Positions 37,109 through 50,052 of a stretch of DNA of 64,000 nucleotides are shown here, piece after piece. This DNA is from Tubulanus polymorphus (lineage: Eukaryota; Animalia; Nemertea), in assembly GCF_964204645.1 (NCBI RefSeq), contig NC_134027.1:26064560-26128559 (forward strand). The letters run 5' to 3'. Position numbers and translations under genes: made by a program. How positions within the stretch are numbered: the first letter of the stretch is position 1; each line of letters starts with the position of its first letter. The notes beneath the pieces are model-generated. The model was not told the DNA's origin, made no database searches, and saw only the letters and a program-made list of their open reading frames with translations.

Positions 37109-39316
37109 ATATCCTTTCCTGAGACATAAAAGCTGTCTTAAGCATTGAAAGGGTTAATAAGCTTTCATACGCTTCACCTTAAAACAGCTCCTTATGTTTC
37201 TGTATGATAACATAGCAATAAATGTCATAAAACTATCTAATGATGTTTCCGCTACCTTCTGGGAGTTAATTTCACAATTAAACTCTAGCAAGTCAGTCAG
37301 TCATGCAGTCATTTATAATTCTGAATTAATCATCAATTCAATATGATGCGAACAACTGCAAACCATATGCCGTACTCCTCGGAAACGTGAGAGCGTTTCA
37401 GATCTTCCGAACGAACGAGAAAAAGTTTATTTTTTCTGCGCAAGACGCGAAAAATGCATTGTTCATTTTCCGTCGAAACCGAAAAGCCTAAGCCGATCCT
37501 CCTTCTTCTGTAAACGCGATGATGTCATCGGGCTTCTTTTTTTTTTCCTCGCGTTATGAAAATCGTGATTAATTTATTCATTAATACCCCCAATCAAGTT
37601 GGCCTTTGAACGGCGTGGACGCATCGGCCGTGAGCGCGGCGCGTTGAATAAGCCTTCGTAAAAAAATCCGTGCGCGAGCATGACGCGCGAGTCGTTCGTC
37701 GGATTATGTCCACTAAATTAAAATGGACGTCGACGCTTTTGCTAAATCGGAGTTATCAACTCGATAAGTCTCGACGACCTTAAAGGATTTAGTGGTTCGT
37801 GCGTTTGCAGAATCTTTGCCGGAATTGTTTGTGTTTCTGTTTAATTGGCCCGAGAGACGGGAAGAGACGGAGAGAGACAGTCCGACGTGGAGGCACATTT
37901 TTCGCCTAATAACTCATTTATTCGGTCGATATATTTAATTAAAAGCGTTCGTTGTCATATCTGACGACAAAACCAACTTCACGAATGCACTACTGCTGAA
38001 TTATGCGATGAGCGGATGAGATAACGACGGTCGGTCGTATGACGAATAGCGCCTCCTATTGAGTGGTCTGATGTGTTTATTTCTGATTGACCGGGCTTAA
38101 CTTAATGCGCTTCATAGCTGCAATCTCATGTTCTAAATGCAGTCCGTTCCAATTTAGAATTGACCGTGGTCTTAGAGTCTATAAATGGACCAAGCGTTCT
38201 AACAAGAAGTATGTTCTTAACTGGTCCATTCCATTTTAGAACGGACTAATTTAGTATGACCAAAAAGACTGATCCAGGTCCGTTTTTGATTTGAGTGTGG
38301 ACCACTATTTCTGTGTGTGAATAGAAACTTAGTTTTAATTGTCTGTTGATCAGTGTTGCGTCTAGCTGAAACAGTGACAACGGCTGATTTAAAAACACGT
38401 GTGAACGCACAGCGTTGATTTGGTCCCTGTTCTAATCTAAATTGGAGTCGGCGGTTAAATGGTACCGGCCAGATTAGAACGGACTGACTAACGTTGAGCG
38501 TGAACGTGTCTATGTCCAGTATGGAAGTGATGTCATCGAGATATCAGCAGTCGTTGTTATGTATATTCCGGTGTATACGCTCAGCTGTCACCTTAATTGA
38601 TAAATTGAAGCAGCTATAAGAGTATTCTGAATGAAATACGAAGCAATACAATTAGAATGTGAATACATTTAATAAAATCGATCCCAATATGCCGAATGTT
38701 CCCTGTCAGGGTTTAGTTTATTCTTTGTTCGAGCTCCTAGGCCGTTCTTTTAATTCTAATCAAACTTCTCGGGGCGACAACTTTTTCCTATATTCATCTC
38801 CCATAGCTCATTAATGTCAACACTTTCATTGTTCCGATCAGTTAAGAATGGCTTCATGAAACATCGTCTTATTTTACTCTTTTGATCGATGCGTCCTTTC
38901 ATCACCTGCTTGATATCACTATAGGAGACCAGCACATCATAGAACCTAGCGCCTAGACAAAGCGCCCTCGCTAATTTCGCTTTAATTCCGGCATCTACTA
39001 CTCCGGTGCAATTAAAACTTTGAGGCCAATGCAATTAGAGGTTTAAATGGATTCTTTTATTTCGTTATTTAGCAGAAGCCCTTCGGGGGGTCTGAGCTTT
39101 TAAAAACCGTGCGCCTATAATTCGGTATTGTTCGACGAAGTACTCGGGTAATCATTGATTAATTCAGGTTTCATCGTTAATTGCGTCGCGCGAAACGTTG
39201 AAGTTAGAATTTGTGAGTATAATTACCGGGTAATTAAATTCTCTCGTTAATTACTGCTAATTGCATCGGTCGTTGTGTGTTTCATGACAAGAGAGTGAAA
39301 GAGAGATGGGGTATGA

Positions 39317-39674
39317 AGCCTAGCGCACATCGACACTGCGATTGGAGACAACTAGTTGCAAGGCAGTTTTCGGCGCATGAGAGGAACTGGCTGGATACGA
39401 TCAGTTGCTTGAACGTGTCGATGTGAGCGAGCTTACGATTGGTAAGCGTCGATCTATCTCCAGTTCCAGCCAGTTGCCCATGTTCTACTTTTGAGCAACT
39501 GGTTGTACTCAATCGCAGTCATATCAGTCGCTGTGCGCGCTCTGGATCTCGACGATCGACACGCGCCATGCAGTTGCTGCAACTGACCGGTTGTAACTAG
39601 ATTTCGATGTGCGCGGGGTAATCGTTCGGTAGCAACTAGTTGTCTCCAATCGCAGTGTCGATGTGCGCTAGGCA
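39317..39674. mobile_element. MITE with perfect 42-bp terminal inverted repeats (PIF/Harbinger-like)
   Basis: GCCTAGCGCACATCGACACTGCGATTGGAGACAACTAGTTGC at 39318-39359 and its exact reverse complement at 39632-39673; flanks TGA/TAA resemble a TWA TSD. Confidence 0.88.
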
Positions 39675-40555
39675 TAAAGCACTTCTCCAGAACGCAAGTG
39701 GAATATCGGTGTTCGGTCTTTGCGGGTTCAAATATATGTGCGATCGATTTGCAAAAATCTCTACTTGATATTCCATTACACTCAACGCTCGTATTATAAT
39801 AACTTCAGTCGGATTGGCTTTAATTAAATTTACTGGAGGTTCGTTTTTAATTCGATGCGCCACTTTTAAATGAAGCTAACTCCGGAATTGAAACTAAGCG
39901 AAAATAATTAATGTACACATTCGTGATATTGATATAATCCGCCGGCGCGCTCTGGTGAAATTTATTCATTGATTACAATTAATCAAACTGCACTATTTGA
40001 ACACGTATATATGTGAACTTATATCGTTTGAGATAAAAATCCTTGGGAACATCACATATTATATTACATGCAGTCAGTTAGTCGGTGCTGGAAGATTAGC
40101 GAATGCAGGAAACGTGGATAATATTAAACGCTGTCTCGCTATAGCCAGGTGGCCTATTTGCATACTTAAAACCGGCGTGGTAATTATTCATTTTAAGACC
40201 AGATAATGAATGCAAATATTTTATTGAAATAATAAGCGCCCGTGTTCGGGTTATTTGCATGTTAATCGAGAATTTGAGAGTCGACGCGGTAAGGGTCATG
40301 TCCCTGTCGTCCGTAAGCGTGCTCAGACACTGATTGTATGATTATTAGACCCACAGGCTGGTTTCGTCTGCTATCAGACTAAAAACAAAACTCATCAAGA
40401 TTTACTGATTTCATTGAAAAGTTTTCACTCATAAGTTGTATCACTACATGACAGTAGACGCAGTAGCCAGATAGTTCTTTATCTCAAAAATGGAGAAGGC
40501 ATCTTCTTGGCATGTCTTGAATATGAAAAAAATTCAACCGCAATTTTTAACCGAG

Positions 40556-40765
40556 CCCCCACTGGGATTTGAACCTGGGACTCCTGCTTCGAAGTCCAGT
40601 GTAGTAACCATTACGCCACCGAGTATCAGTGATTAGAGACATGAGTTTGTCTGGTCAGTATGGTGACCATTCAGCTGTGGTGACCAGTCAGTGGTGACCA
40701 GTCAGTGGTGACCAGTGGGTGTGGTGACCAGTCAGTGGTGACCAGTCAGGTGTGTTGTTGACTGG
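40556..40765 (-). mobile_element. tRNA-derived dispersed repeat (SINE-like)
   Basis: Minus strand of 40556-40623 reads CTCGGTGGCGTAATGGTTACTACACTGGACTTCGAAGCAGGAGTCCCAGGTTCAAATCCCAGTGGGGG (A box, B box). Adjacent gtggtgaccagtca repeats; degenerate copies at ~17360 and ~45528. Confidence 0.7.
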
Positions 40766-41140
40766 CTGTCAAATATGCTCTATTACTAGGCCCTATATTT
40801 CCTTGATCGCAAAGCCAATTCTCAACCAAAGATGTCTGTATGACACAGAAAGAGTTCATGAATAAGATTATAAACCCAGAACAATATATATTATCACTGA
40901 TCTGGAATTCCTTCCCAACTAGAAATTGAATGGATCATATTGTTATTTAACGAGGGAATCTTGACCTAGAGCTACAGGGAGCCTGTGCACTACATACCCG
41001 CTAAATCACAGTCAAATAGAACACGCACCAATTAATTCCGAAAAAAGAATTTCTGATTCCGTTTGAATATGTTTCTATTTGTTTTCGATGAAACAAAACA
41101 GATTATTGAAGTTAGGTTTATTTCACAGCTTTCAAATAAC

Positions 41141-41141
<1 letters not shown>

Positions 41142-41188
<47 letters not shown>
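41142..41188. repeat. (CAG)n microsatellite, followed by (CT)n at ~41233-41270
   Basis: Direct observation; intronic. Confidence 0.95.
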
Positions 41189-41189
<1 letters not shown>

Positions 41190-41229
41190 CGGTGAAGAGT
41201 TTCAGGAATGATTTTGATTTCGCTCTCTC

Positions 41230-41271
<42 letters not shown>

Positions 41272-42861
41272 GTAGCATGTGTGTTTGACGTTAGCTCACT
41301 AATTACTAGCTTTTGCCTGTCTTCTGCGTAAATTATAAGGGATTAGTTTGTTTCTGACAGCGAGTATCGTCCCTTAATTAACTGACTTGAACTGCATCTC
41401 AAATCGACAGCTGCACAAAATTAGCAACCGACGAAAAAAAAAACGAGAACGGACAGAAAAATGAATCCATTCTCTACATTTCGCCGCGATGATAACTATT
41501 GCGTGATTAAGATAATTTGTAAATCTGAAGGGTTAATTTACACTCACCTCAAAACCTACTTCGCCTCTGGCCACATTTCAGTCCAACTGCGACGACAACT
41601 GTCTTCCTTTTATGTCGTTTTGTCTGTAAAAGTCTTCGGGGCTTTTTTTGTTGGTGATGTTAAAAAATCCCGAGCTCAGAAAAGAAAAATGAGTCGGAAG
41701 AGGTTCCTTTATTAGTTAATGGGTTTCATTTTCATCCTTATCATCACTACAACTCTGACCAAGCGTTTCATCGATGTTTATTATTTGTGGGTCATATAAT
41801 ATTAATTGCGTGAGCTCAAGCTGGGGGTGCTTCTAGGAAAATTGTAAGGCGCAGTCTGAATTAAAAAAGGGGGAGTCCTCGGATAAAGCAATAACGTCGA
41901 AGGCCAAAAGTCAGGGTTCCTATCAGTGTTAGAAAATCTGTGAAGAAATGAATGTGAAAAGATGCAATTTTTTAGAGGTTTTAACATTCTCTGTTTTGAC
42001 GAAAAGAAAGGGCAATCTCAATCGCAAGGCAGGGGTCTGAACTACCAAAAATACCCGTTCGACCGTCCTGCTCGCGGTGGTTTCAGCGCCTGTTTCAATC
42101 TATTAACACGCCGTGAGTAATAGCTTTAAATCGTTAAAATCTCGACTTAATGAGTGAATCGCGGAATCGACTGATTCCTCCTCGATTCACCGCCGGAGAA
42201 ACGCGAGGTGAAAACGATTCAGCGTTGTTTAATATACGACGACGTTCTGGTGGTGGTAACCGATGGTAATAACAACAATGGTGTAATCTTTGCTCTCCGT
42301 GGCGATCCCCCGCGCTCTCTCTCTCTCTCTCTCTCTCTGCAATCTTGGCCGCCCACAGTTATAAATTCTATCAATTGTAGGCAAAACAACAACGTTCCGG
42401 GGAAGATAAAAGGCGTGAGGCATGGCTTATTTATAGGCCTCGACGTTTCTTCTCGTCGTCGTCGGTATGAGTTAATTTTTGTCGACTAAACATGCTATGT
42501 ATGCATTGATTCATTAGAAAATAGATAGTAAGGCTTGACTAGTATTTGTGATTAATCACCAGGCACTTTTCCCTCGTGTCCTCCTTAGGTCAATAGCGTC
42601 TCTGATCTTATCCGGTTACCCAATCTTTCAGCGTCATCGTAAAGACATTTTCATCAATTTTTGTTGGTTTTGTCCGCGTCGCCTCTTCAATATAATAGAC
42701 ACCGACCAATTCTATGACCGACCGACCGACTGCGACTGGCATCAGTTCGTGTAGCCTTCAATCTTTCATTGATCGCGACAACAATTATTTATTGGTGAAA
42801 AAGACAATCCGATCGGATGAGATTAGAATTAGAATTAGTTTCAGTTCGTTTTACCATTAGT

Positions 42862-43135
42862 ACCAACCCTTACCCTACCCCAACCCGTTCCCTACTCTTA
42901 TCCTTATCCTACCCCAACCTATTCTTAACCCTTATTCTATACCTACCCTTACCCTCACCCTTATCCTATTCCAACCATTACCTCATAAAATCATCTGCCA
43001 AAGACCCTATCCTTTCCCTATCCCAATCTTTGCCTTAGCCCTTACTTATCCAAGATCCTACCAAAACCTTTCCCTAACATTAATTCTTATCGCAACGCTT
43101 AACTACCCAACACCCTTACCTACCCAGAGCCCTAT
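42862..43135. repeat. Degenerate hexamer repeat (CCCTAW/CCTTAY-like)
   Basis: cccttaccctaccccaacc...cttaacccttattc periodicity. Confidence 0.7.
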
Positions 43136-44449
43136 ATCTCTTCTATCTAAAGGGTTTACGAGGGATATTTGAATTTTTTGTTGATTCGATGCTGATTCCG
43201 ATGCAATTCCGCGATGTTCGAATTTCTCGCGTAATATTTCTGGTTGTTGAACGTAGTTTCGTCAGAATCTGATGACGTTCTCTCAAACGGTGATCAATTA
43301 CTGAAACTCTCATATAGCACACATAGACTGACTGAGACGTACGTTCACCGGATTACAACTAAATTACTGTCGCCAGCTCATCTAACTAAATTGCCCTTGA
43401 CTATAGCCGTGATTAGCCGTCGATAATTACCTAAACCGGTCCATCCAGCATCCGAGATCTTACTGTCCACTGATTACTAATACCTGATTAGTATTACGGT
43501 CATATTTATGCAAATTGATCGCCGTGACTTAGGCCTCTCGGGCTGGTTAATTATTCCATGAATGTTGCCCAATTATAATGCGCGTATTTACCTAGTGAAA
43601 TGGTATTTGTAATTCATTAACGACAGATAGAATGGTTCTATCCGTCGTATAGTGTGCACCGTGCATTTATCTGTAGTTGAAATCTGCGTCGGTTAGGATA
43701 CAGCGATTCCTATCATCGATGAAATATACCTGTCATTGCAATTCATATGAAAAAAAAATGGTTACTAACTTTGATTCAATCTCAATCGGGGCTTGATTTT
43801 GGCAGTGTCCCCAGTAGCCGGTAGCCGAGATACTTGATCCTTTGTTGGGATACTAGAAATTGAAAATCCTGAACAGAATTTCTGATTTCAACATTAGAAG
43901 ATGTTTTATTTAATAACGAATCTCAGGGCAGAATTTTGTCGGCATATCTTTATATCCCGAGGTCCTAGATGTTTTGTTGAGATACTAAGATTTGAAATGA
44001 AACTATCCGGACAGGATACAAGAAATTTCTGATTTAATGATTTTCGATTCAATTCGCGGTGTTTTCCTGATTAGAAACATAAATCAAAGGCAAACTACGA
44101 TAGGCCTACCAAAAATAGACACAGGATACTGAATATGGAGGTTCTTGTATCCTGAGAAGAGACTTTATATAGAATCGTCCAACTCGAGCCTTGTTGGTCA
44201 TCACTACCCTCAGCATCCTTTCTTACTAGTTAAGAAAACAGTTCTTAATTGATCAGACATGTTTTATCAGAGTTACTAGACAATAATTTCCCCAACGTCC
44301 CGATCAGCAATAGATGATGTAGGGGACACCATTTGTATCCCTGACAAGGCGAATACAGGAAGCTTAATACAAAAACGGCGGGTCAATCCGGCTTCTGATT
44401 GATGGGCGTCCATAGTTTTCAATCGCGATTTCATAACTTCGCTTATTTC

Positions 44450-44450
<1 letters not shown>

Positions 44451-44504
<54 letters not shown>
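44451..44504. repeat. (TA)n microsatellite
   Basis: Direct observation. Confidence 0.97.
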
Positions 44505-44508
<4 letters not shown>

Positions 44509-45527
44509 CATTACCCCTTACGAGCCATAATTGTAGCTATATTTGTGAAACCCTGCCGAAACTTGATCCGTTGTCTTTTGTTATAGATAATGAATGAGCA
44601 AACTCTAGACATTTAATGGCTTTCTATTCAGTTATAACTGATTACATATACGCATATACATATCTAAATATAAACGCTTAAATTCCGCATAACTTTACTT
44701 TTGTCTGAGGGCCTTATTTGTCAACCTATTTAATTCGACAGTCTGTACTGTTCTAGGCTGATTATGTTATCGAATGCGATTCGAATTTCGCCTTTTATTC
44801 TAAGTTCGTTTAGTGAAAAACTACCCACGTAGAAAATAATACAGAACCTCCTTGTGTAATAATTCAATTGAACTTATTTTTTAATGAAGAATATGAAGGC
44901 GAACGTTGTTTTTGTCTGAAAGTTCTAATTCTATGCGGGGCGCTCCTTAACCGCGCTTAAAATAATGCACAATATTGATATATGATCTTAGATAGTTCTT
45001 TCGGTTTTTTCCGACGGTTACTTTTTATTCTAAATGAAAGCGTCTTCAGCTTTCATCGCAGTCTAATTGTGCTGTTATATCGCGTCAAAACGTTCTAATT
45101 CAGGACGATTATTTCGACCTATGAATGTCCTATGAGCCGACAACGTTCAGCACTGATCTAATTAAACGTTTCACCATGAGAAATTAAACAATAACGATTA
45201 TTAATTAATTATTACACCAGCTGTCTCTGGTCTCTCTCTGCTCTAGTAATTATTTCTTGCTTTCTGTGTTCTGACGGTTGGTGATTGAGATTTAGATATT
45301 TTGATAAAATCGAACTGTTAGTGTTCAGCCAGGTGATATACTATTAGCTGTTCGTGTATTGTAATCGTTGCTTTATATTTCTTCACCGAAGCGAAGTAAG
45401 TAATCATCAGTTATTGTTAGAGATTTTCTTCAGGTTTTTGGTTAAAAAATTGCGCTTGTCAATTGGGATGGGGAGTCTCACGCTTTGTGAGAAAAATAGA
45501 TATATCTCTTATCTAAAGGCATAATAG

Positions 45528-45680
45528 CCTTTCCAGGATTTGAACCTGGGACTCTAGCTCTATATGCTAGCCCTCTCCTAGTCCTCTACTAGTCCACTGA
45601 GACATGGTGGTGTTGAAAGAGTTAATGGTGTGTAAGACTGCTGGTCGATGTAGTATTGACCAGTCAGGTGTGGTGACCAT
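45528..45680 (-). mobile_element. tRNA-derived repeat, degenerate copy
   Basis: ccaggatttgaacctgggactc...tgaccagtcaggtgtggtgacca. Confidence 0.55.
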
Positions 45681-47231
45681 GAGAATGGTCAGGGATTCTG
45701 AATTCCAATCTTCTCACGATAAAGGCATCCTTATCAAGGCAAAACTAGAACATATGATTCAAAATCAGATATATATATATATATATATATGTTTGCTTGT
45801 ATTTCACTAGCTAAACAAATATCAATAAATTTTCCTGATCCATAAAGACCTGATCCATATCCTTATGGATAGATATATACAGTACTGTTCCTCTGAACAG
45901 AAAAAGGCATTAGGGGCTTTTATGAGATTTTTACAAACAAAGTACTATTTTAATTTTAATGATAGCTGGTAAAGTCCATGTACGTATGTGGGAATCTTTC
46001 CTGTTTATAAATGCCGTGAATCTGCATAACAATCAGCGCATATAGTATGTAATTCCTGATTAAAAGCATGTAGACAATTTTATGGTTTTAAGTATCGGCG
46101 TAGGACAATAGATCGTCTTTTGACCCTCTGGTGACCAGTTCAGATTATTATCGGGCGTCTTCATTGTTTGTGTAATACGTGGTTTAAGAAGTTTTTGAAA
46201 TACGGCGAGAATTCCTTCAATTTTCCCGATTCTTTGCTATGAATCATTGACGACAATTTATTCAATCAGTACCAGTTATTGACGAGTCGTATTCGCTTAA
46301 TACTAAAACCATTTCGACTATTGTCGATTCGATACTTTTTCATTAAATCTAAATGTTATTTTTAATGAGTTTAATTCTATATCTTATAAAGCTGAGAATG
46401 CCGGCTTGATAATAACTTCGTTTTCTATGAGTCTTACATGTTCGCAGAGAATGGCAGCCTAACTTTTCGATATAATCTAGTTATAATAAAAATAGAACGT
46501 TTTGCAAGCATTTTTCCTGCTTCGTCGAAACGGATTCATCGGGAAAAAAACTACAAACTTTTTTGTCCGACGAGTTTAAATTGACTGGATTGATTTTTCT
46601 GTACGCATAATCACCAGCAATTCATGAAAATTTATTAGAATAATAATCTCTGTCACGTAATTTGCGTGAACAAGAAATGGAATTTGAAGAGGAAGTAAAA
46701 CAGTGATTGGGGGTAATTATCTGATAATTATGAGGGTTGCATTATCTATTCAGCGTAATACAAACATATTTACTATCAAATCTAGATCATTGTTGTTAAT
46801 TTCGCATATTAATGCGAATGAATGTAATTATTGTGTCAAAATATGTAAGTCATTAAATGTATTCAGTTTACGGAAATTATCACAATTTATTGCGCGCTAT
46901 TCATAATCTGAAATTCACGGAATCTTTTCAGAATTTCAGATATGTTTCCTTTCAATATTTGAATATTAGTACGCAACGTCGAAATTTCATACAGACTTTA
47001 GTGTTTATGAATTTTTCGCAATATCGAAATCAGGATCTTCTTCGCACAACGGTCTCATGCGAAGTCGAGATGATGCCATGTAACCGATGAATTCTAAGCA
47101 AGCGAAATTCTTGAGATTTCAATCCATTCACTTCCAAAACAATTCTACAGTGAACCTACCTTAAGTCCTGACACTTGGAATGATCATTACCCTTTCAAAA
47201 TGGCGGCTTACACTTAGTAAATTGAAATGGA

Positions 47232-47262
<31 letters not shown>

Positions 47263-48345
47263 TTTATATATATATATATTTTATATATATATAGATGACT
47301 TCAGTTATAGATGACTTATCTGATGACAACTTAATCAGAGTTTGACTTGGAGTAATCAGTCTGAATACTCCAAGACTGATTACTCCAAGCTTCGACTTAC
47401 GGAGACTGAGTCGATAAAGTAGATCAGTAATTTGAAACTCCAAATGATAAAACTCGATAGACAACTTTCCAACAATTTTTATTTGAAAGCGCAATGCATA
47501 TCCATTACGTCGTCGTTGTTGTATATAGCTACAGCGAGGGAGGGAAAATACCATAGGGACGGCTGACTACTAGTTTATGTATGCGAGACCGAGGTAGAAA
47601 AATATGCAAGCGTTAATTAATGAAATATACAGACAGGGCGCAAAGTTCCCCTTCATTAACCTTACCGACTCTTAATGAATAAAAAATGCATGGCAACTTG
47701 GCGTTAGCAGCGGTAATTCCGGTTTGTATTTACATATTATCTGCGGGTTAGCGATCGGGTACCGTACCGAGTCGTCGTACCTGCTCGCACTAATCGGTAT
47801 AATACCGTAATTAACGCTATCCCCACAGCATCCATATAGTTATGATGGTTAGAAAAAAATCCGGCCGCTGCCGCCGCAGGACGAGAGAAAAAAAACGACA
47901 ACCCGCTCGGTCTCGGGGTCTATTCGCATTAATGCGTTTTAGCTGTTTGAATTAATCATCCACATCTCTCTTAGTTGTTGTTGTTGTTGTTGGAAATCTG
48001 GCGATGGGTAAGAGTAAGATTTATAAACTTTCTTCACCGTAGGAGTAACCGGTGCGGTCTAGTTATAGAATTTTAGAGATTCGGAACGATTTCGTATGAA
48101 ATAGGCGTAGGATCAGTTATTGCTGTTGGATACCGACGACGGGATAAGGATTAAATATAAGGATTAATCGTTAACTTCATCTTGTACAACTATAGAAAAC
48201 TACGTAATATACTGAACAGTTATTGATCAGAGCGTCGAAACTATTTCCTGGTAGTGTAATTAACAAATTTATAAATCAGACGTTAAGTTGGAATATTAAA
48301 CTTAAGCTGCTCAAGGTGCAAAAAGGCAGGAATACTATGCGATAC

Positions 48346-48586
48346 CAGGGGTGGATTGAGTCTGATGTTGTTACCACTTGAGTGGTACTCATGGATGATG
48401 AACCAACATCAATAACTATACGATCCCCTTATTTCAGACGTAGGAAAAAGTAAATTCGATGCTCAACAATTGCTCAGATTGCATTTGGAAGCATTCAAAT
48501 TTCCGAATTTTCATGAGAGGAGCTTACGCCCTCCTTACACCCTCGTGTTAAACAGTATTGAGGAACCGAGGCTGGATCCACTACTG
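48346..48586. mobile_element. Degenerate CAGGGG-ended MITE
   Basis: caggggtggattgag...ctggatccactactg. Confidence 0.45.
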
Positions 48587-48807
48587 AATCAGTACGATAG
48601 ACCTTGATAGTTGTATGAAATATCATATCGAGGATCAGTGAGATATAAAGACAGTGTTATGAGAGGAGGAGACAGTGTCACCTGTTAAGCTGTGTGTAAT
48701 ATGCCGCGTTGCTAAAGGCGGATGGATTACTTCTCCCTTCCTCGGGACACTGAGTTATATCGATCGCCATTGGTAACAGTGCGCACACTTTTCTAATCAA
48801 CTCTGTA

Positions 48808-49293
48808 TTTTCTCAGGACACCACGGTACGGTATGATCTTACTCTCTTCAGTAGCTCGCTGTAACCACAGTTATTTTTCTCGGGACACCATGGTACAGTA
48901 TGATCTTACTCTCTTCAGTAGCTAGCTGTAGCCACGGTTGTGTTTTTCTCAGGACACCATGGTACAGTATGATCTTACTCTCTTCAGTAGCTAGCTGAAG
49001 CCACGGTTGTGTTTTTCTCGGGACACCATGGTACGGTATGATCTTACTCTCTTCAGTAGCTAGCTGAAGCCACGGTTGTGTTTTTCTCAGGACACCGCGG
49101 TACGGTATGATCTTACTCTCTTCAGTAGCTAGCTGAAGCCACGGTTGTGTTTTTCTCAGGACACCATGGTACGGTATGATCTTACTCTCTTCAATAGCTA
49201 GCTGTAGCCATGGTTGTATTTTTCTCGGGACACCGCGGTACGGTATGATCTTACTCTCTTCAGTAGCTAGCTGAAGCCACGGTTGTGTTTTTT
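48808..49293. repeat. 69-bp minisatellite, ~7 units
   Basis: Unit tttttctcaggacaccatggtacggtatgatcttactctcttcagtagctagctgaagccacggttgtg. Confidence 0.95.
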
Positions 49294-49645
49294 GCATTTA
49301 CGGATATCCGAGGATTCGTCCTCGTCGTCGATCTCTTGATCTGCTCTGATCAATAATGTCCGAAAACCGGCTCAAACAGCGGACAACGACCGACGTCCAT
49401 TTTGTATCAAAATACATGATTAGTTGCTATGGTAACAGCGGTGATTAATTGTTCGATGTTTTCTAGTGGCTTACGTATTCATTATAGATGAATCAAGTTT
49501 GTATTCTATTAATTTTCAAAAATGCGACCGTATTTTGTGTGCGTACTGAAACATATAGGAATCAAACTCGCGCAACGTTTGATGTTCGTCAAGATAAAGA
49601 TTTAATCGTTTGTTGTAAAATGACATGTCTGAGACTGCAGATCAT

Positions 49646-49884
49646 CTCTCTCTCTCTCCCTCTCTCTCTCTCTCTCCCTCTCTCTCCCCCTCCCTCTCCC
49701 CTCCCTCTCTCTCCCTCTACCTCCCTCTACCTCACTCTCTCTCCCTCTCCTCCCTCTCTCTCCCTCTCCCTCTCCTCCCTCTCCTCCCTCTCCCTCCCTC
49801 TCTCCCTCCCTCTCTCTCCCTCTCCCTCCCTCTCCCTCTCTCTCCCTCTCCCCTCTCTCCCTCTCTCCCCTCTCTCCCTCTCCC
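49646..49884. repeat. C/T low-complexity tract just upstream of the 117-nt exon
   Basis: ~240 nt almost purely C/T. Confidence 0.95.
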
Positions 49885-49935
49885 AAGTCTTTGGTGTTCT
49901 AAATTGTTAATCTTTTTTTCTCTTGTATTTTTCAG

Positions 49936-50052
49936 ACGGTGAACTCGTCGAAGAAGATGTCAATGAATTCAACGCGGTTATGCCCGATGGTAGCATGAAA
50001 GAAAACATGGGTCCCGACGCCCAGAAAACCATCTCAGGCTTAGAACTGGCCG
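49936..50052 (+). CDS. ZFHX4: ZFHX3/4-like internal coding exon (117 nt, acidic linker DGELVEEDVNEF...LELA)
   Basis: Strong acceptor tttttttctcttgtatttttcag| and donor CCG|GTGAGT. Phase 1-1, open in the frame continuing from 36633 (G+AC = Asp) and joining 62985 in frame. Confidence 0.8.

Noticed and set aside
40556-40623. Functional tRNA-Arg(TCG) gene
   Set aside because: Acceptor, D and anticodon stems pair poorly, and degenerate relatives are dispersed; treated as a repeat.
42862-43135. Interstitial telomere
   Set aside because: Too degenerate; no run of exact CCCTAA.
48848-49297. 149-aa repetitive ORF on the minus strand
   Set aside because: By-product of a 69-bp (3n) minisatellite lacking stops in one frame; no splice or homology support.
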